From: Octopus vulgaris
Lineage: Eukaryota
Assembly: GCA_951406725.2 (NCBI GenBank)
Contig: OX597818.1
Span: 4,216,001 to 4,280,000 of the forward strand
DNA: 64,000 nt
Reading direction: 5' to 3'
Both the position numbers and the translations under genes were made by a program. Below are positions 36,920-63,638 of this stretch, one piece after another; within the stretch, counting starts at the first letter, position 1; each line of letters opens with the position of its first letter. The notes under the pieces were generated by a model that made no database searches, was not told the origin of the DNA, and worked only from the letters and a program-made list of their open reading frames with translations.

Positions 36920-39214
36920 CTAATGTGAACAACCCCCTTACTAATTATGAGTGCACCGTACCTGCTAGGGATAATATTAATGTAATAGATGATACTACTA
37001 CTACCAATACTAGTACTAGTGATAGGAATATAGCCAATAATGTGAAATTAACTCATTCGTTGATTTTGGGTTTGGATGATGATAACAATTGTAACACTTA
37101 TAATGTGAATGGTGGTACAGGGGTGGGGACCAATCTTAGATTACCTCATTCTGTTAATCTTTGTAATTTCAGAAACAGAAATAAATGTGTGTTTGGTAAT
37201 CAATGCCTCAGGAAGGAGGTAGTTTACCAATGCACTGTAGATACACAATTGAGTAGTAGGGTGTACATCGGGGCAACTATGAATAGCATAAAACAGAGAT
37301 TGAATTATCACAGATATACTTTTAGAAATAAAAATAGAATGTACTCTACAGGGCTAAGTGCATACATCTGGGAACTTAAAAGTAAGAACTTAGATTTTAG
37401 ATTAAACTGGAAAATACTAACTTCAGCACCTGTGTATAATGGAAAAAATAAAAAATGCTCTCTATGTATTAATGAAATTTTTTTCATTATTAAAGCGGGT
37501 AGGCAAATTATTAACAACATAAATGAAAAAAACTTTTTTGCATTCATAGACTACCGTTCACATTTTCTAGATTCAAATAGAACTTAGCACTTCTACTATT
37601 AATAATTTTTTAACTCCCTTCTATAACTAACTATACCAGTGGTCTTCTATAATTCTAAAGTATGTAACTTATAAATTTATAATTTTATAATTTTATAGCT
37701 ACATTTGTATAATAATAATAGATGTGTCTAGTATTAATTGTTACTTGTTTTTTATATGTGGGTTTTTGTCTTGTTTTTAAAGGAAATGCAATATGACATG
37801 AAATAACATATTCATTTTGGTATTTGCCTTGTAATATGTGATTTTTGAAGTTTTCTAATATTGCATAGTGTATATGTATATCTTGGTTAGATACCTAGCT
37901 CTAGATAATGTAATGCTATTGTGTAATATGTAATATATGAGAGCCTTTTGTGAGTTTGGTTTGTTTAGGTTGAGAATCTAGGTTTTTTGTATGTGTTTAT
38001 TTGGCAGGTTTATATTGTATATTTGGTCTTTCTTTGTACTCACCTTAATTTGTATCTTATGCTTTTTACTAATAAACCTTTTCATTTACAAACATTTGGC
38101 TTTATAAATATTACCAGCCTTATATATTTAGTTTATATTTAGTTTATATCTATAGTCTTCTGGATCTGTACTTTAAATTATCCTTCCATACATGTTTACT
38201 TTCATCAATATAATATATATATTCACTTTATTTTTTATTTTATTGTAATGGTATCTATCTCTGCATTTAGTCTTCTAATTATTTATTTATTTGCTTATTT
38301 AAGTGTAGATTTAAACATACATATCAAGTCATCTAATTTGTTATCTATTTATTTTTTACTTATTTACTTATACAAGTGTAGTTTTATACATACATATCTA
38401 TCATTTATTTTTATTTTAATAATATATGAATACATATATACTGGTTTGTACTTATAATATGTGTGTAACCGTAATTATTTCTTCTTATTTATTTTATCAC
38501 ATTTTAACTTAAGTATTTACAATATATTAATTTTTTTAATTTCTGTGATGTTCTTATATACGATTGCATTAGTACTTCCCCATGTTGATATTATTTAATG
38601 CCTAATCTGGTATATTATGGCATTGAATTTATTAAGTAAAAAAGAGATATATTTATAATATATAAATTGATATATATTTTATAACTTAGCGTACTTGGAA
38701 TCATAACAAACTTACGGTAAATCTAATAACCGGTATGTTTACTATGCAACAAACCGGTGTTATAAATTTTAAGTTACCCAGTGAAATAGTATCTGACATC
38801 GTAACATACTGATATTTAAAAATATATATATCTTTAAAATAAATATTTTATGGAAATGCATGAGTGGATCTTTTTTGTTATTTGAGGCATAGTTATAATT
38901 TTGAAAGACTAAATGGCAGCATAGTTGCTCCCCTATTTGTTTATCTATGTGCTAGTTGTTGCTTGTGGTTATGTATGTGTATAAGTGTATGTGTATACAT
39001 ATAATTATGTATGTATGTGCGATTGATCTGTGGATGCGCGTGTGAATATTTGCGTTCCTTGACTAACTAACCATAAAATTTCTTTTGTGATTTAAATTTC
39101 AAACTACTAACCAATAGAATTAATCTAAAGAATCATTACCTAGTGGTCAGAATTTATAAACTCATAGTTATTTCGATCTTGAAAGGATGGACTTGGTGCA
39201 AACATAACTGTATC

Positions 39215-39257
<43 letters not shown>

Positions 39258-39883
39258 AGTAATTTTTATTGACTTTTATAGCTTTATAATTTTATGAACT
39301 GAACCATGGTTTTAATTATTATTTTTCATCTCCCTATGTGTTAGTTTTTTTAAAACTATTAGCCAAATATGTATAATAACTGTGCTTATTAATATTAATA
39401 TATACACTGATATATATTTTGTTTTATTTTCTTTTGTTTACCTTGCATTATTGTACCAATGAGTATTATATTATATAAGTGTAGCATTATGAAGTTTATG
39501 CATAAGTTTTTATATTTTACATTTTTATATTTTTATATTTATATGTATATGGAAAAATAATTTTTTCACAATTATAACAAATTTAGTTCTCTGAAGAGGC
39601 CGTGGGGCATCCTTGTTAATGCCTCATTTATACCTGCCTTTATGGCTTATAGGTTAAATGAGGTATGACTGCCCTTGCTGCCGAAACAGCTGTCAGATAT
39701 GATTTAATTACATAATATATTTGAAATTTTATACTTATATCTCTTTGTCTATTTACATTTACTGTATATTTTGTATAATGCCTTTACTGATATGTAATGG
39801 TGTAATAAAGTATTGATTGGGTATCATCTGATAGTTGATGTTTTATTGATTTAAGTATGTTTCTCCATTTTCTAATTTTGTAG
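36920..39883 (+). mobile_element. 5'-truncated Penelope-like element (Naiad-like GIY-YIG) with a long AT-rich 3' region and a hammerhead
   Basis: ORF 36925-37587: CN.R...C...NQC...VVYQC...YIGAT...KQR..H...T.LS.YIWELK...WKI...CSLCINE. No RT present. Hammerhead at 39588-39697. Confidence 0.8.
39588..39697 (+). ncRNA. Type I hammerhead with an 85-nt extended stem II
   Basis: UCU-CUGAAGA-GGC...GCC-GAAA-CAGCUG-UC-AGA, with the GUC cleavage triplet ending at 39694. Confidence 0.8.
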
Positions 39884-40410
<527 letters not shown>

Positions 40411-40495
40411 ATAACAGTAGAAATTGATATTAATCAATTAAAACCAGTGGCCTACCATATTTTTAAAAAATCCGAAGATTAAAAATTTTTTTACA

Positions 40496-40718
40496 TACAA
40501 AATTTAGAGCACTGATCACTAAAAGTGGACAGCCTGTATACTAGATATAGAAGTCAAATTTGCCATTTTCCACGAAGAGTGTGTTCTCAAGAAACAATTC
40601 AGCAATGGTTTTTGCTGAATATTTTCTTGAGAACACATTCTTCATCGGAAAATGGCGATTTTGACATCTATATCTAGCATGCAGGCTGTCCACTTTTAGT
40701 GCTCAGTTCTCTAAATTT

Positions 40719-40722
<4 letters not shown>
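40496..40722. repeat. ~227-bp near-perfect palindrome (fold-back or MITE-like)
   Basis: tacaaaatttagag.actga.cactaaaagtggacagcctg... pairs with ...caggctgtccacttttagtg.tcagt.ctctaaattttgta. The loop is near 40610. Confidence 0.85.
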
Positions 40723-40751
<29 letters not shown>

Positions 40752-40770
40752 ATATATATATCCATATATC

Positions 40771-40822
<52 letters not shown>

Positions 40823-40827
<5 letters not shown>

Positions 40828-41003
40828 GGTCCCTGTGCTGATGGCACATAAAAAGTACCCACTACACTCACTCGGTAGCTGGCGTTAGGAAGAGCATGCA
40901 GATCAGAGTGGAGCCTGGTGCAGCCTCCTGGCTTCCCAGACCCCGGTTGAACCCTTCAACCCATGCTAGCATGGAAAACAGGTGTTAAACGATGATGATG
41001 ATG
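40823..41003 (+). mobile_element. RTE-3'-tail element with (GAT)n end, within (TA)n
   Basis: ggcgttaggaagagcat...gcctggtgcagcc...catgctagcatggaaaac...gttaaacgatgatgatg. Confidence 0.8.
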
Positions 41004-41039
41004 GATATATGGATATATATATACATATATATATATATA

Positions 41040-43930
41040 TCCTTAATCCTTAAATCCTTAAAAATGTTTTAGCCCGAAGGCCGCGGCCATGCTGGGGCAC
41101 CACCGCTGAATGAGCTACACTAATTTGTGAATCCACCTCTGATACGTGGCACTTGATCAACAAGGGAGTTCGATGCTGCTGCCCGCATCCGCGTCTCCTG
41201 TCGTGAGGTAGGCTCATCTGGGACTCCCAACAAGAAGAGATCCAGTTTAGGTTTAAAGAAACCCACATCCACACCATGTAAGTCTCTCAGGCATTTAGGG
41301 AGGATGTTAAAGAGCTGTGGTCCTCTGAAACCCAAGCTGTTGCAGTATCTGGACCTGTATTTTGATGGTGATGTTGGAATCCTTGGCACCATGCAGTGGC
41401 GCCCCGTTCTGCGGTTGGAGTAACTTTGAATGCCAAAGTTTGGGACAAGACCCTCCAGGATTTTCCAGATGTATATCACCGCATATCTCTCCCGCCTCCA
41501 CTCTAGGGAGAAGAGGTTTAATACCTTCAGTCTTTCCCAGTAGCTGATATTTTGCATTGAGACGATTTTCTTTGTGTAGCTTCTCTGAATTGCTTCGAGT
41601 TCTGCTGTTAGTTTTATATTGTGTGGTGACCAAAGTTGGGAGCAGTAGTCCAAGCGGCTGAGGACGAATGTTTTCCATAGGACCATCAGTGTCTCCTTCT
41701 CTCTTGTTCTGAAAGTTCGGAGAATCCATCCAGCTAGCCGTCTGCATTTTATCACCAGATTAGCAATATGCATTTGGAAAGATGCATCATTGCTCATGTC
41801 AATGCCCAGGTCACGCACTGATTTTGACTCAGGGATTGCAATTCTTCCTGGGCCAGTGTATCCAGTCTTCATGTCATTTACCTTTGTGTGCCAGTAGCGC
41901 AGGGCCTGGAACTTACCTGCATTAAACTGCATGTTGTTGTCCTCAGCCCACCTGTATATTGTGTCCAGCTCATGTTGCAGATGCGCAATATTTTCAGGGT
42001 TTTGTATTGCGTGGGAGACTTTTGTGTCATCTGCATAGCTAGCAAGGGTGGTCATCGTAGCAACTGAAGGTATGTCTGAAAGGGCCACTATGAACATCAG
42101 TGGCCCCAAGACAGTGCCCTGTGGGACACCGCTTGTTATTTGCGTTTCCTTGGAGGTGGCTCCATTGCTCACAACTGCCTGTTTTCTGTCTTTTAGGAAG
42201 TTGTGCAACCACTCTCCAAGTTTCCCGCCTATGCCGAGACCACGCAGTTTGTGACAGATCATACCATGGTTGACTTTATCAAAGGCTTTTGCAAAGTCGA
42301 GATATATTACATCCACATTTGAGCCATTTAGTAGCTGTTTCAACACTCAGTCATAGTGTTGCAGGAGCTGTGTTAGGCAGCCTCTACCTGGTCGAAATCC
42401 ATGCTGGGTGTCAGACAGCAAGTCATTTTCTTCAAGGAACATGATTAGTTTCTTACGGACTATTCGTTCCATGACTTTGCTGATGTGTGAGGTCAGAGAG
42501 ATAGGCCTATAATTTTTAGCATCTGCTCTGCTACCTCCCTTATGGATAGGGCATATTACCCCCTCTTTCAATTTGACTGGGAGCTTACCACTTGCAAGAA
42601 AGCTCTGAAAAAGAAGCTGTAGCGGTTTTGCAAGGGCTCGTTTGCACGATTTGAGAAGGATCGTTGGGAATCCATCAGGTCCAGCAGCTGAGTTTGTGAC
42701 AATCTCATCAATGGCTAGTGTGATATCATCATCTTCGATGTTGATGTACTCAATTTTTGTCTCTTTGGCCGCAGGTAAAGTGGCAAAGAATTCTTCTGGG
42801 TTGTTTACTTGCCTGTGTCCTAGAGGTGTAGTGAACACACTTTGGAACTGTTCGTTCAGTATTTCACTTATCCTCGTGGGATTTCCTGTGAGAGAGCCAT
42901 CTTTTTGGAAGAGAGGTCCTATTCTCTGGTGCACTGTGGCTGTCTCTTTGGCAAACTTAAAGAAAGCTTTAGGGTTTGATTTTATATTTTCTATTACCCA
43001 AGCTTCTTTATCTGCTCTCTCCTTTTCATGGGACTGATGTAGACTTTTCTCAGTTTCCATTAGCTTTCGTTCGAGCCGAGACTTCTCACCACTTTTGGTG
43101 TGCTTGCTCAGGCGGTTTGCAATCCTTGTCTGTCGTCTCATAAGAATCCTCCTTTCTCTAGGGATCCTGTTTTTGTTCTTGTGTGTGCTGGCCCTGCACA
43201 CTGGGACATATTTGTCACATGTGGCTTGTATTATGGACATGAAGTGTTTGTGTTTCATGTTTATGTCCGGTGTGGAGAGACATTCAGGCCAATCCTGTTT
43301 GAGGATCTCTTTCTCAATCAACTTCCAGTTGGCTTTATGAAAGTTTAAGTTGGAGAGATGGTGGGTGCTTCGTATAGGCTGTGTGTCTGCGGGGGCTTTT
43401 GTTCCATACATAGACAGCTCTATTATGTTGTGATCCGAGATCATTGTCGGCATCACATTAACATTATAGATAATATCCATATTGTTTGTGAAGCAGAGAT
43501 CCAGTATATTATCTGCCCTTGTTGGTTGCAGAACTGCCCTTGTTGGTTGCTCCATGAAAGAGGCATTTGTGAGATGGAGCAGGGACTCCACCTGTGCCTG
43601 CTGATGGTGTGTCATCCCTGGGAGCATCTGCCCCCCAGGCCATTCCACATTGGGGAGGTTAAAGTCACCCATGAAGAATACACTGTTGTGCTGTTCAAGG
43701 TTGGTGAGGACTTCTCCTATTTTTGTTAGGCAGTCTTCAAACATGCCTGAGTGTTTTGGGGTATCTGGTGGGCGATATGTAGTGCATATGACGATATTCA
43801 GTTGTCTTATGTGTACAATTTGAGTTTCACATACTGAGTTTGAATATGTCAGCAGGACCTGGGGCGTGAGGTCATCTCGGATGTACATTGCAACTCCACC
43901 ATGGCTCCTCCCTTTTCTATCTGTGCGTAT
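41040..43930 (-). mobile_element. CR1/L2-group LINE copy A (partial APE plus RT, 5'-truncated)
   Basis: [52 protein letters not shown] and YADD, with one stop at 42347. Tail is a (TTAAGGA)-like repeat. Flanked by (TA)n on both sides. Confidence 0.93.
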
Positions 43931-44310
<380 letters not shown>

Positions 44311-44808
44311 TATTCATAGGTACCGCACGCTAGGAGGGACTCTTGCAGTCAAAACTACTAAAATAAACAAATTGTACCGAATGCAAAACTTCAAAGCAAG
44401 TCATTTAAAAACAGAATTTAGTTAATATCACCTGTGATTTCGCAATCAATGCAGAATATGCATTCTATGCTCTTCAGTGCAACAAACTCAAGACATGTAT
44501 GGAATAAACACAATATAGGATACCCGACAGCCAACCATAGAATTCGTCGTAGTATGTACGAATGTTTATCTTTACATATCTATGAAAATGGCAGGCTTAT
44601 TCGCAATGCATTTCGGTAACAATTTGCCTATTCGGAACAAAAATTCAGTATTGAACTATTCCGGTGAAAAACTGTCAGGTACGAGCAAGGTACGGTGTTG
44701 AGGGCCGCCGCGCGCGAGAAGGAAAGGAAGTACCGGCCGCTGATCCCGGTCCTCCAAAGGGAGCTAGGTGTTCGGCTGTCCAATTGGGGCCTGCGGCGCT
44801 TGGTGTGC

Positions 44809-46717
<1,909 letters not shown>

Positions 46718-49668
46718 GCAATCAAGCCTTATGCATAGCACTCACAGAAACGCATCTGAAACCGGACACAGCAGATGTGGAATTACACATACCACAGTAT
46801 GTTGTACTACGGAAAGAAAGAGTCATGGAGGAGTTGCTATGTACATCCGTGGGGACCTCACACCCCAGGTCCTTTTGTCATACTCAAACTCGGTGTGTGA
46901 CACACTAATTGTACACATAAGGCAACTTGATGTAGTTGTGTGTGCTACATATCGCCCTCCAGATGCCCCAATTCATATGGGCAAGTTTGAGGACTGCCTT
47001 TTAAAAATAGAAGAAGTTCTAATCACATTAGAACAACACATAAGTGTACTTCTCATGGGAGACTTCAATCTACCCAATGTCAGATGGCCCGAGGGCCTTT
47101 CTCTCCCAGGAATGACAAGATGTGAACGAGGACAGGCGAGGTCCCTCCTGAACCTCATCAACACCCTGTACATGGAGCAAGTAATACTCCAACCAACCAG
47201 GGCAGGTAACACACTGGATCTCTGCTTCACAAATAATATGGATCTCATCCATAATGTGAAAGTGACACCGACACTACTCTCGGATCACAACATGGTAGAG
47301 CTGACCATGTACCGGCCAAAAGAGAGCACGGACATGCAGCCTACAAGAAACCCTCAGAATCTTTCCAGCTTGAACTTCAATAAGGCAAACTGGACACAAA
47401 TTGAGAAAGAGATCCTCAAACAAAACTGGCCTGAATGTCTCTCCTCGCCGGACATCGACATGATACTTCAACAATTCATGTCTGTAATGCAAGCCATATG
47501 CTACAAATGTGTCCCAGAGAGAAAGGCCACTGTACACAAGAACAAATCCCCAGAGAGAGGAAAATTTTAATGAGACGGCGTACAAAAATTTCAAATCGCC
47601 TAAACAAACAAATTGAAAGCAGTGAAAAGTCCCGCCTGAAAATAAAACTGTTGGAAATTGAAAATTGTCAGCAACTCTCCCATGAGAAGGAAAGAGCAGA
47701 CAAAGAAGCCTGGGCTATAGACAACATAAAAACTAACCCCAGAGCTTTCTACAGGTATGCCAAAGAAACAGCTACGGTGCACTGTAGAATAGGGCCACTC
47801 CTTGAAAAGGATGGCACACTCACAGGAAAACCAATGAGGGTAAGTGAAATACTGAATGAACAATTCAAGACTGTTTTCACTCCACCCCTTGGGCATTTCC
47901 AAATCAGCAATCCAACTGACTTCTTTACCACTGCAGATATAAAATCAGAGGCGGCGACGATAAATTACATCGATATAAAGGAAGACGATGTAATAAAGGC
48001 TATAGATGAAATGAAAACAGACTCAGCTATTGGCCCCGATGGATTCCCGGCAATCCTCCTAAAAGTATGTAAGAGAGTCCTAGCAAGACCACTGCAGTTC
48101 CTCTTTCAGAGCTTCCTTGCAGCTGGCAAACTTCCAAGAAAACTGAAGGAAGGTAAAATATGCCCTATTCATAAAGGAGGTAGCAGAGCGGAGGCCAAGA
48201 ACTACAGACCTATCTCTCTGACCTCACACATCAGCAAGGTCATGGAACGAATAGTCAGAAGGAAACTAATCACCTTCCTTGAAGAAAATGACTTGCTGCC
48301 TGACACCCAACATGGTTTCCGACCAGGAAGAAGCTGCTTAACTCAGCTCCTGCAGCACTATGACTGGGTGCTGAAACAACTGCTCAACCACTCAAATGTG
48401 GAAGTCATATATCTCGACTTCGCAAAGGCCTTCGATAAAGTCGATCATGGAATGATATGTCACAAACTGCATGATCTTGGCATAGTTGGAAAACTAGGAG
48501 AATGGCTTCATGACTTTCTGAAGAATAGAAGTCAGGTGGTAGCACCCAATTAACACGCAAATAGTGAGCGGTGTTCCACAGGGCACTGTTCTGGGACCAC
48601 TACTGTTCATAATGGCCTTCTCAGACATGCCCTCAGCCACGCGGAGAGCCACGATCACAAGTTATGCAGATGATACAAAAGTTTCACAGGCAATACAGAA
48701 CCCTGAAGACACTAAGCACCTGCAATGTGAGCTGGACGAAATATACAAGTGGGCTGAAAAGAATAGCATGCAGTTCAATGCTGAAAAGTTTCAAGCTTTA
48801 TACTATCAGCATGCAAAACTGAATGCAATACCCAATGAATACACTGGACCCGGAGGGATTGCAATCCCAGAGGCACAATCAGTGCGTGACCTGGGTATTC
48901 ACATGAGTGATGACGCGACCTTTCATGTACATGTTGCTAAACTGACAATGAAATGCAGACGGCTGGCTGGATGGATTCTTAGAACCTTTAGAACAAGAGA
49001 ACAAGAAACCATGATGGTCCTCTGGAAGACACTTGTCCTAAGCCACTTTGACTATTGCTCTCAGCTATGGTCACCATCCAGTGTCAAGTTGATCACAGAA
49101 CTTGAGGCGATCCAACGAAGCTACACGAAGAAGATAGCCTCTATGCAGAATGTAAGCTACTGGGAAAGACTCAAGAGATTAAAATTATATTCCCTGGAGC
49201 GTAGGCGGGAAAAAGATATGCCATAATATACATCTGGAAGATCCTGGAGGGAAGTGTCCTGAACTTTGGCATCGAGAGTTACGCAAATGCCAGAACTGGG
49301 CGCCACTGCGTGGTGCCTAGGACTCCAAACCTGCCATCAAGATGTAGGACAAGATACTGTGATAGCCTGGGCTTCCGAGGCCCACAGCTCTTCAATATCC
49401 TCCCGAAGAACCTGAGAGACCTGCATGGGGTGGATACAGATGTCTTTAAAATGAAGCTGGATCTCTTCCGGTCAGGTGTCCCGGATGAACCAACTTCACG
49501 GCAGGAGGTGCAGATGAGGGCAGCTGCATCGAACTCTCTCATGCATCAGATGGCGTTTGCTAAAAAGCATCCGTGAGGTAAACCCGTGTAGTAAACCAAA
49601 TGGCGGTGCCCCCGCATGGCCACAGCTCATTAGCTGAAACTGGAAAAATCAAAATCAAAATCAAAATC
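46718..49668 (+). mobile_element. CR1/L2-group LINE copy C (APE plus RT, frameshifted)
   Basis: Runs from CIALTETHL through the RT to the 3' hairpin and (AAAATC)n tail. Flanked by (TA)n. Confidence 0.93.
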
Positions 49669-49681
49669 ATATATATATATA

Positions 49682-49770
<89 letters not shown>

Positions 49771-49771
<1 letters not shown>

Positions 49772-49922
49772 CATCATCATCATCATCATCGTCGTTTAAT
49801 GTCCGTTCTCCATGCTAGCATGGGTTGGACGGTTCGACCGAGGTTCTGGGAAGCCAGAAGGCTGCACCAGGCTCCAGTCTAATCTGGCAATGTTTCTACA
49901 GCTGGATGCCCTTCCTAACGCC
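49771..49922 (-). mobile_element. RTE-3'-tail element within (TA)n
   Basis: Plus strand reads (CAT)n...tttaatgtccgttctccatgctagcatggg...ggatgcccttcctaacgcc. Confidence 0.8.
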
Positions 49923-50152
<230 letters not shown>

Positions 50153-50158
50153 TGTATG

Positions 50159-50189
<31 letters not shown>

Positions 50190-50244
50190 ATATATATATA
50201 TGTATATATACATATATATGTATATATAAATATATATATTTCAG

Positions 50245-53002
<2,758 letters not shown>

Positions 53003-53387
53003 TATCTCTCTATATAAACGGCAGTTTGTCTGTGCGTGTTTCTGTGTGTCTGTTTGCTTGTACCCTCACCCTGACCACGGCTTTCAACCGATTCTGATGA
53101 AACTTGACACACACATAGCCCAATGTCATAATTCAAAACTAACGCAGCGACAATTTTGAAAAGTTCCACCAGTTCTGAAAAAAATCGATAAATTCGACAT
53201 GGGGTCGAGAATCAGAAACACAAACCGCAAACTGTCTAGGGGACGCAACTCCACCTTTTTTTACTCTCAAAAAAAATTTACCATCATTTTTTTCCATTTT
53301 TTTTGCTATTTTTTGGCTATAAATCTCTAAAAATGCTTTATAGTTATTTCCCTTACAAACCTGAGCAACGCCGGGCGATACTGCTAG
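53003..53387 (+). mobile_element. Non-autonomous Helitron (~385 bp) within (TA)n
   Basis: A|TCTCTCTCTATATAAA 5' end. 3' end cctgagcaacgccgggcgatactgCTAG|T. Confidence 0.82.
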
Positions 53388-54776
<1,389 letters not shown>

Positions 54777-54792
54777 CTATTTCAATGGAAAG

Positions 54793-54905
54793 CTGTGCTG
54801 AAGAAGGATGTGAAATATATATGCAATATATATGAAATATATATCTAAAGTATATATGAAATATATATTCAATATGTTTATAATCCAGAAACATGATGTT
54901 CACAG
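54793..54905 (+). ncRNA. Hammerhead motif with an AT-rich expanded loop II
   Basis: CUGUG-CUGAAGA-aGGAU-(~73 nt AT-rich)-AUCCa-GAAA-CAUGAUG-UU-CACAG. Confidence 0.6.
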
Positions 54906-55077
54906 ATAACCACCAGACTTCGTTTTCGAATATCTATTCCTTCTGTTTTGCATATGTGAATTACGGTGTTTGTCGTGCATGGAGCCCCATTTGTGGAAAT
55001 TAGAAATAAGCATTTTTGACTGCTATTTCTACTTTTTTTCGGTATGCGGTCAAGCAACCTGTTGCCTGTCCCTTCTT

Positions 55078-58046
<2,969 letters not shown>

Positions 58047-58127
58047 CGCGCCCGCCCTACCCACCCCCACCACCAATACCGGATATCTCTATATTTGCTC
58101 CAACTATACCGGATGTCGTTTTCTCCC

Positions 58128-58768
58128 ACCACCATTATAGGTGTCTACTCTTTGAACCCCCTCTTCAATACGCTATTTCACCATGCATTACCCCTCTCTC
58201 GATATCCTACGTTCTACTTGCCTAGAACCTGTCCTCTGAACCACCCCCCCACTGGTGCTCCCCTATATTTCTACACCCCCCACCACCATTATAGGTGTCT
58301 ACTCTTTGAACCCCCTCTTCAATACGCTATTCACCATGCATTACCCCTCTCTCGATATCCTACGTTCTACTTGCCTAGAACCTGTCCTCTGAACCACCCC
58401 TCCCACTGGTGCTCACCCCTCCCACTGGTGCTCCCCTATATTTCTGCACCCCCCCCCCCACCATTATAGGTGTCTACTCTTTGAACCCCCCTCTTCAATA
58501 CGCTATTTCACCATGCATTACCCCTCTCTCGATATCCTACGTTCTACTTGCCTAGAACCTGTCCCCTGAACCACCCCTCCCACTGGTGCTCCCCTATATT
58601 TCTGCACCCCCCACCACCATTATAGGTGTCTACTCTTTGAACCCCCCTCTTCAATACGCTATTTCACCATGCATTACCCCTCTCTCGATATCCTACGTTC
58701 TACTTGCCTAGTACCTGTCCTCTGAACCACCCCTCCCACTGGTGCTCCCCTATATTTCTGCACCCCCC
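58128..58768. repeat. Tandem array of four ~160-bp C-rich units
   Basis: ccaccattataggtgtctactctttgaacccc... repeated four times. Confidence 0.95.
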
Positions 58769-58769
58769 C

Positions 58770-59012
58770 ATAGAAAGCACCATCCGAACGTGGCCGATGC
58801 CAGACCCCTCTGGCACCTGTGCAGGTGGCACGTAAAAAACACCCACTACACTCGCGGAGTGGTTGGCGTTAGGAAGGGCATCCAGCTGTAGAAACACTGC
58901 CAGACTAGACTGGAGCCTGGGGCAGTCCCGAGCTCCCCAGACCCCGGTCGAAACCGTCCAACCCGTGCTAGCGCGGAAAACGGACGTTAAACGATGATGA
59001 TGATGATGATGA

Positions 59013-59015
<3 letters not shown>
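58770..59015 (+). mobile_element. RTE-3'-tail element with (GAT)n end
   Basis: ggttggcgttaggaagggcatccagc...cggacgttaaacgatgatgat. Confidence 0.82.
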
Positions 59016-59054
<39 letters not shown>

Positions 59055-59071
59055 TATAATATATATATTTT

Positions 59072-62790
<3,719 letters not shown>

Positions 62791-62949
62791 GCCCAGAGTC
62801 TATATATATGTATATATATATGTTTCCCAAAATCTCAAAATATTTTTCAATTCTATCTCAAGATTTCGGCATTTGCTGTTCCATTAATTTATCTCACCAA
62901 GAACCCCTATGAATTTCCTCCTTCTCCCTTGGAGTATTTACTGCTTGAC

Positions 62950-63204
62950 CCCTCTCTCTCTCTCTCTCTCTCGCTTCGATTTACCACCTGTAACACCAAC
63001 ACTTCTCTGTTACACCAACACTTCTCCCCTTAAAGTAGTGCAAGCCCTGTTTTTTCCCCTACTCGATTTTTCAATTCCTCTGCTGATAGAACACGGATCT
63101 CAGAAGATGCCGAGATAAGGAAAATTTTGACTTCTCAACCTCGTTCATGTTCTCCATGTTTAATGCGTAGATCGTAACCCTAATGCCCCCCCCCATTCGT
63201 TCTC

Positions 63205-63258
<54 letters not shown>

Positions 63259-63480
63259 CTATCTATTTCTTTATCACGTAAACATAGTACCGATAGCTTC
63301 GTCTTCCTGTTTGTCTTAAGATCATGCATATCTGTTAATTGCAATGTTTCATCTATTTATCCTTCCTAACCAAGGTTATCATTTCGTTCATTCATTCTCT
63401 CTAATTTCTCTAACCATAGTTTACAAGGGCAGAAGACGATGCTCTAGTCTAAACTTGCTGGTTCGTGGTACACCCGCCCT
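62950..63480 (+). mobile_element. Possible heavily decayed PLE 3' end
   Basis: TSLLHQHF...DFSIPLLIE resembles a GIY-YIG C-terminus. A degenerate hammerhead-like cagaagacgatgctctagtctaaac lies at ~63430. Confidence 0.3.
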
Positions 63481-63638
63481 CCAACCCCTTCCACATTAGC
63501 CGGAAGTCTCTAACCTATGTCTTCCTCGTTTACCTCCCGCGAACACTTCTAAGGGCCAAATGACACCCCACCCCTATGTAGGGTCTATTTGATCATATAG
63601 CGCGCGAAAATGGTGCATCGTCCGAAGGTTGTAGTCAA

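Noticed and set aside
36925-37700. Selenoprotein-type Naiad (in-frame UGA plus SECIS)
   Set aside because: No in-frame TGA at the conserved Cys positions, and no AUGA...AA...GA SECIS recognised downstream.
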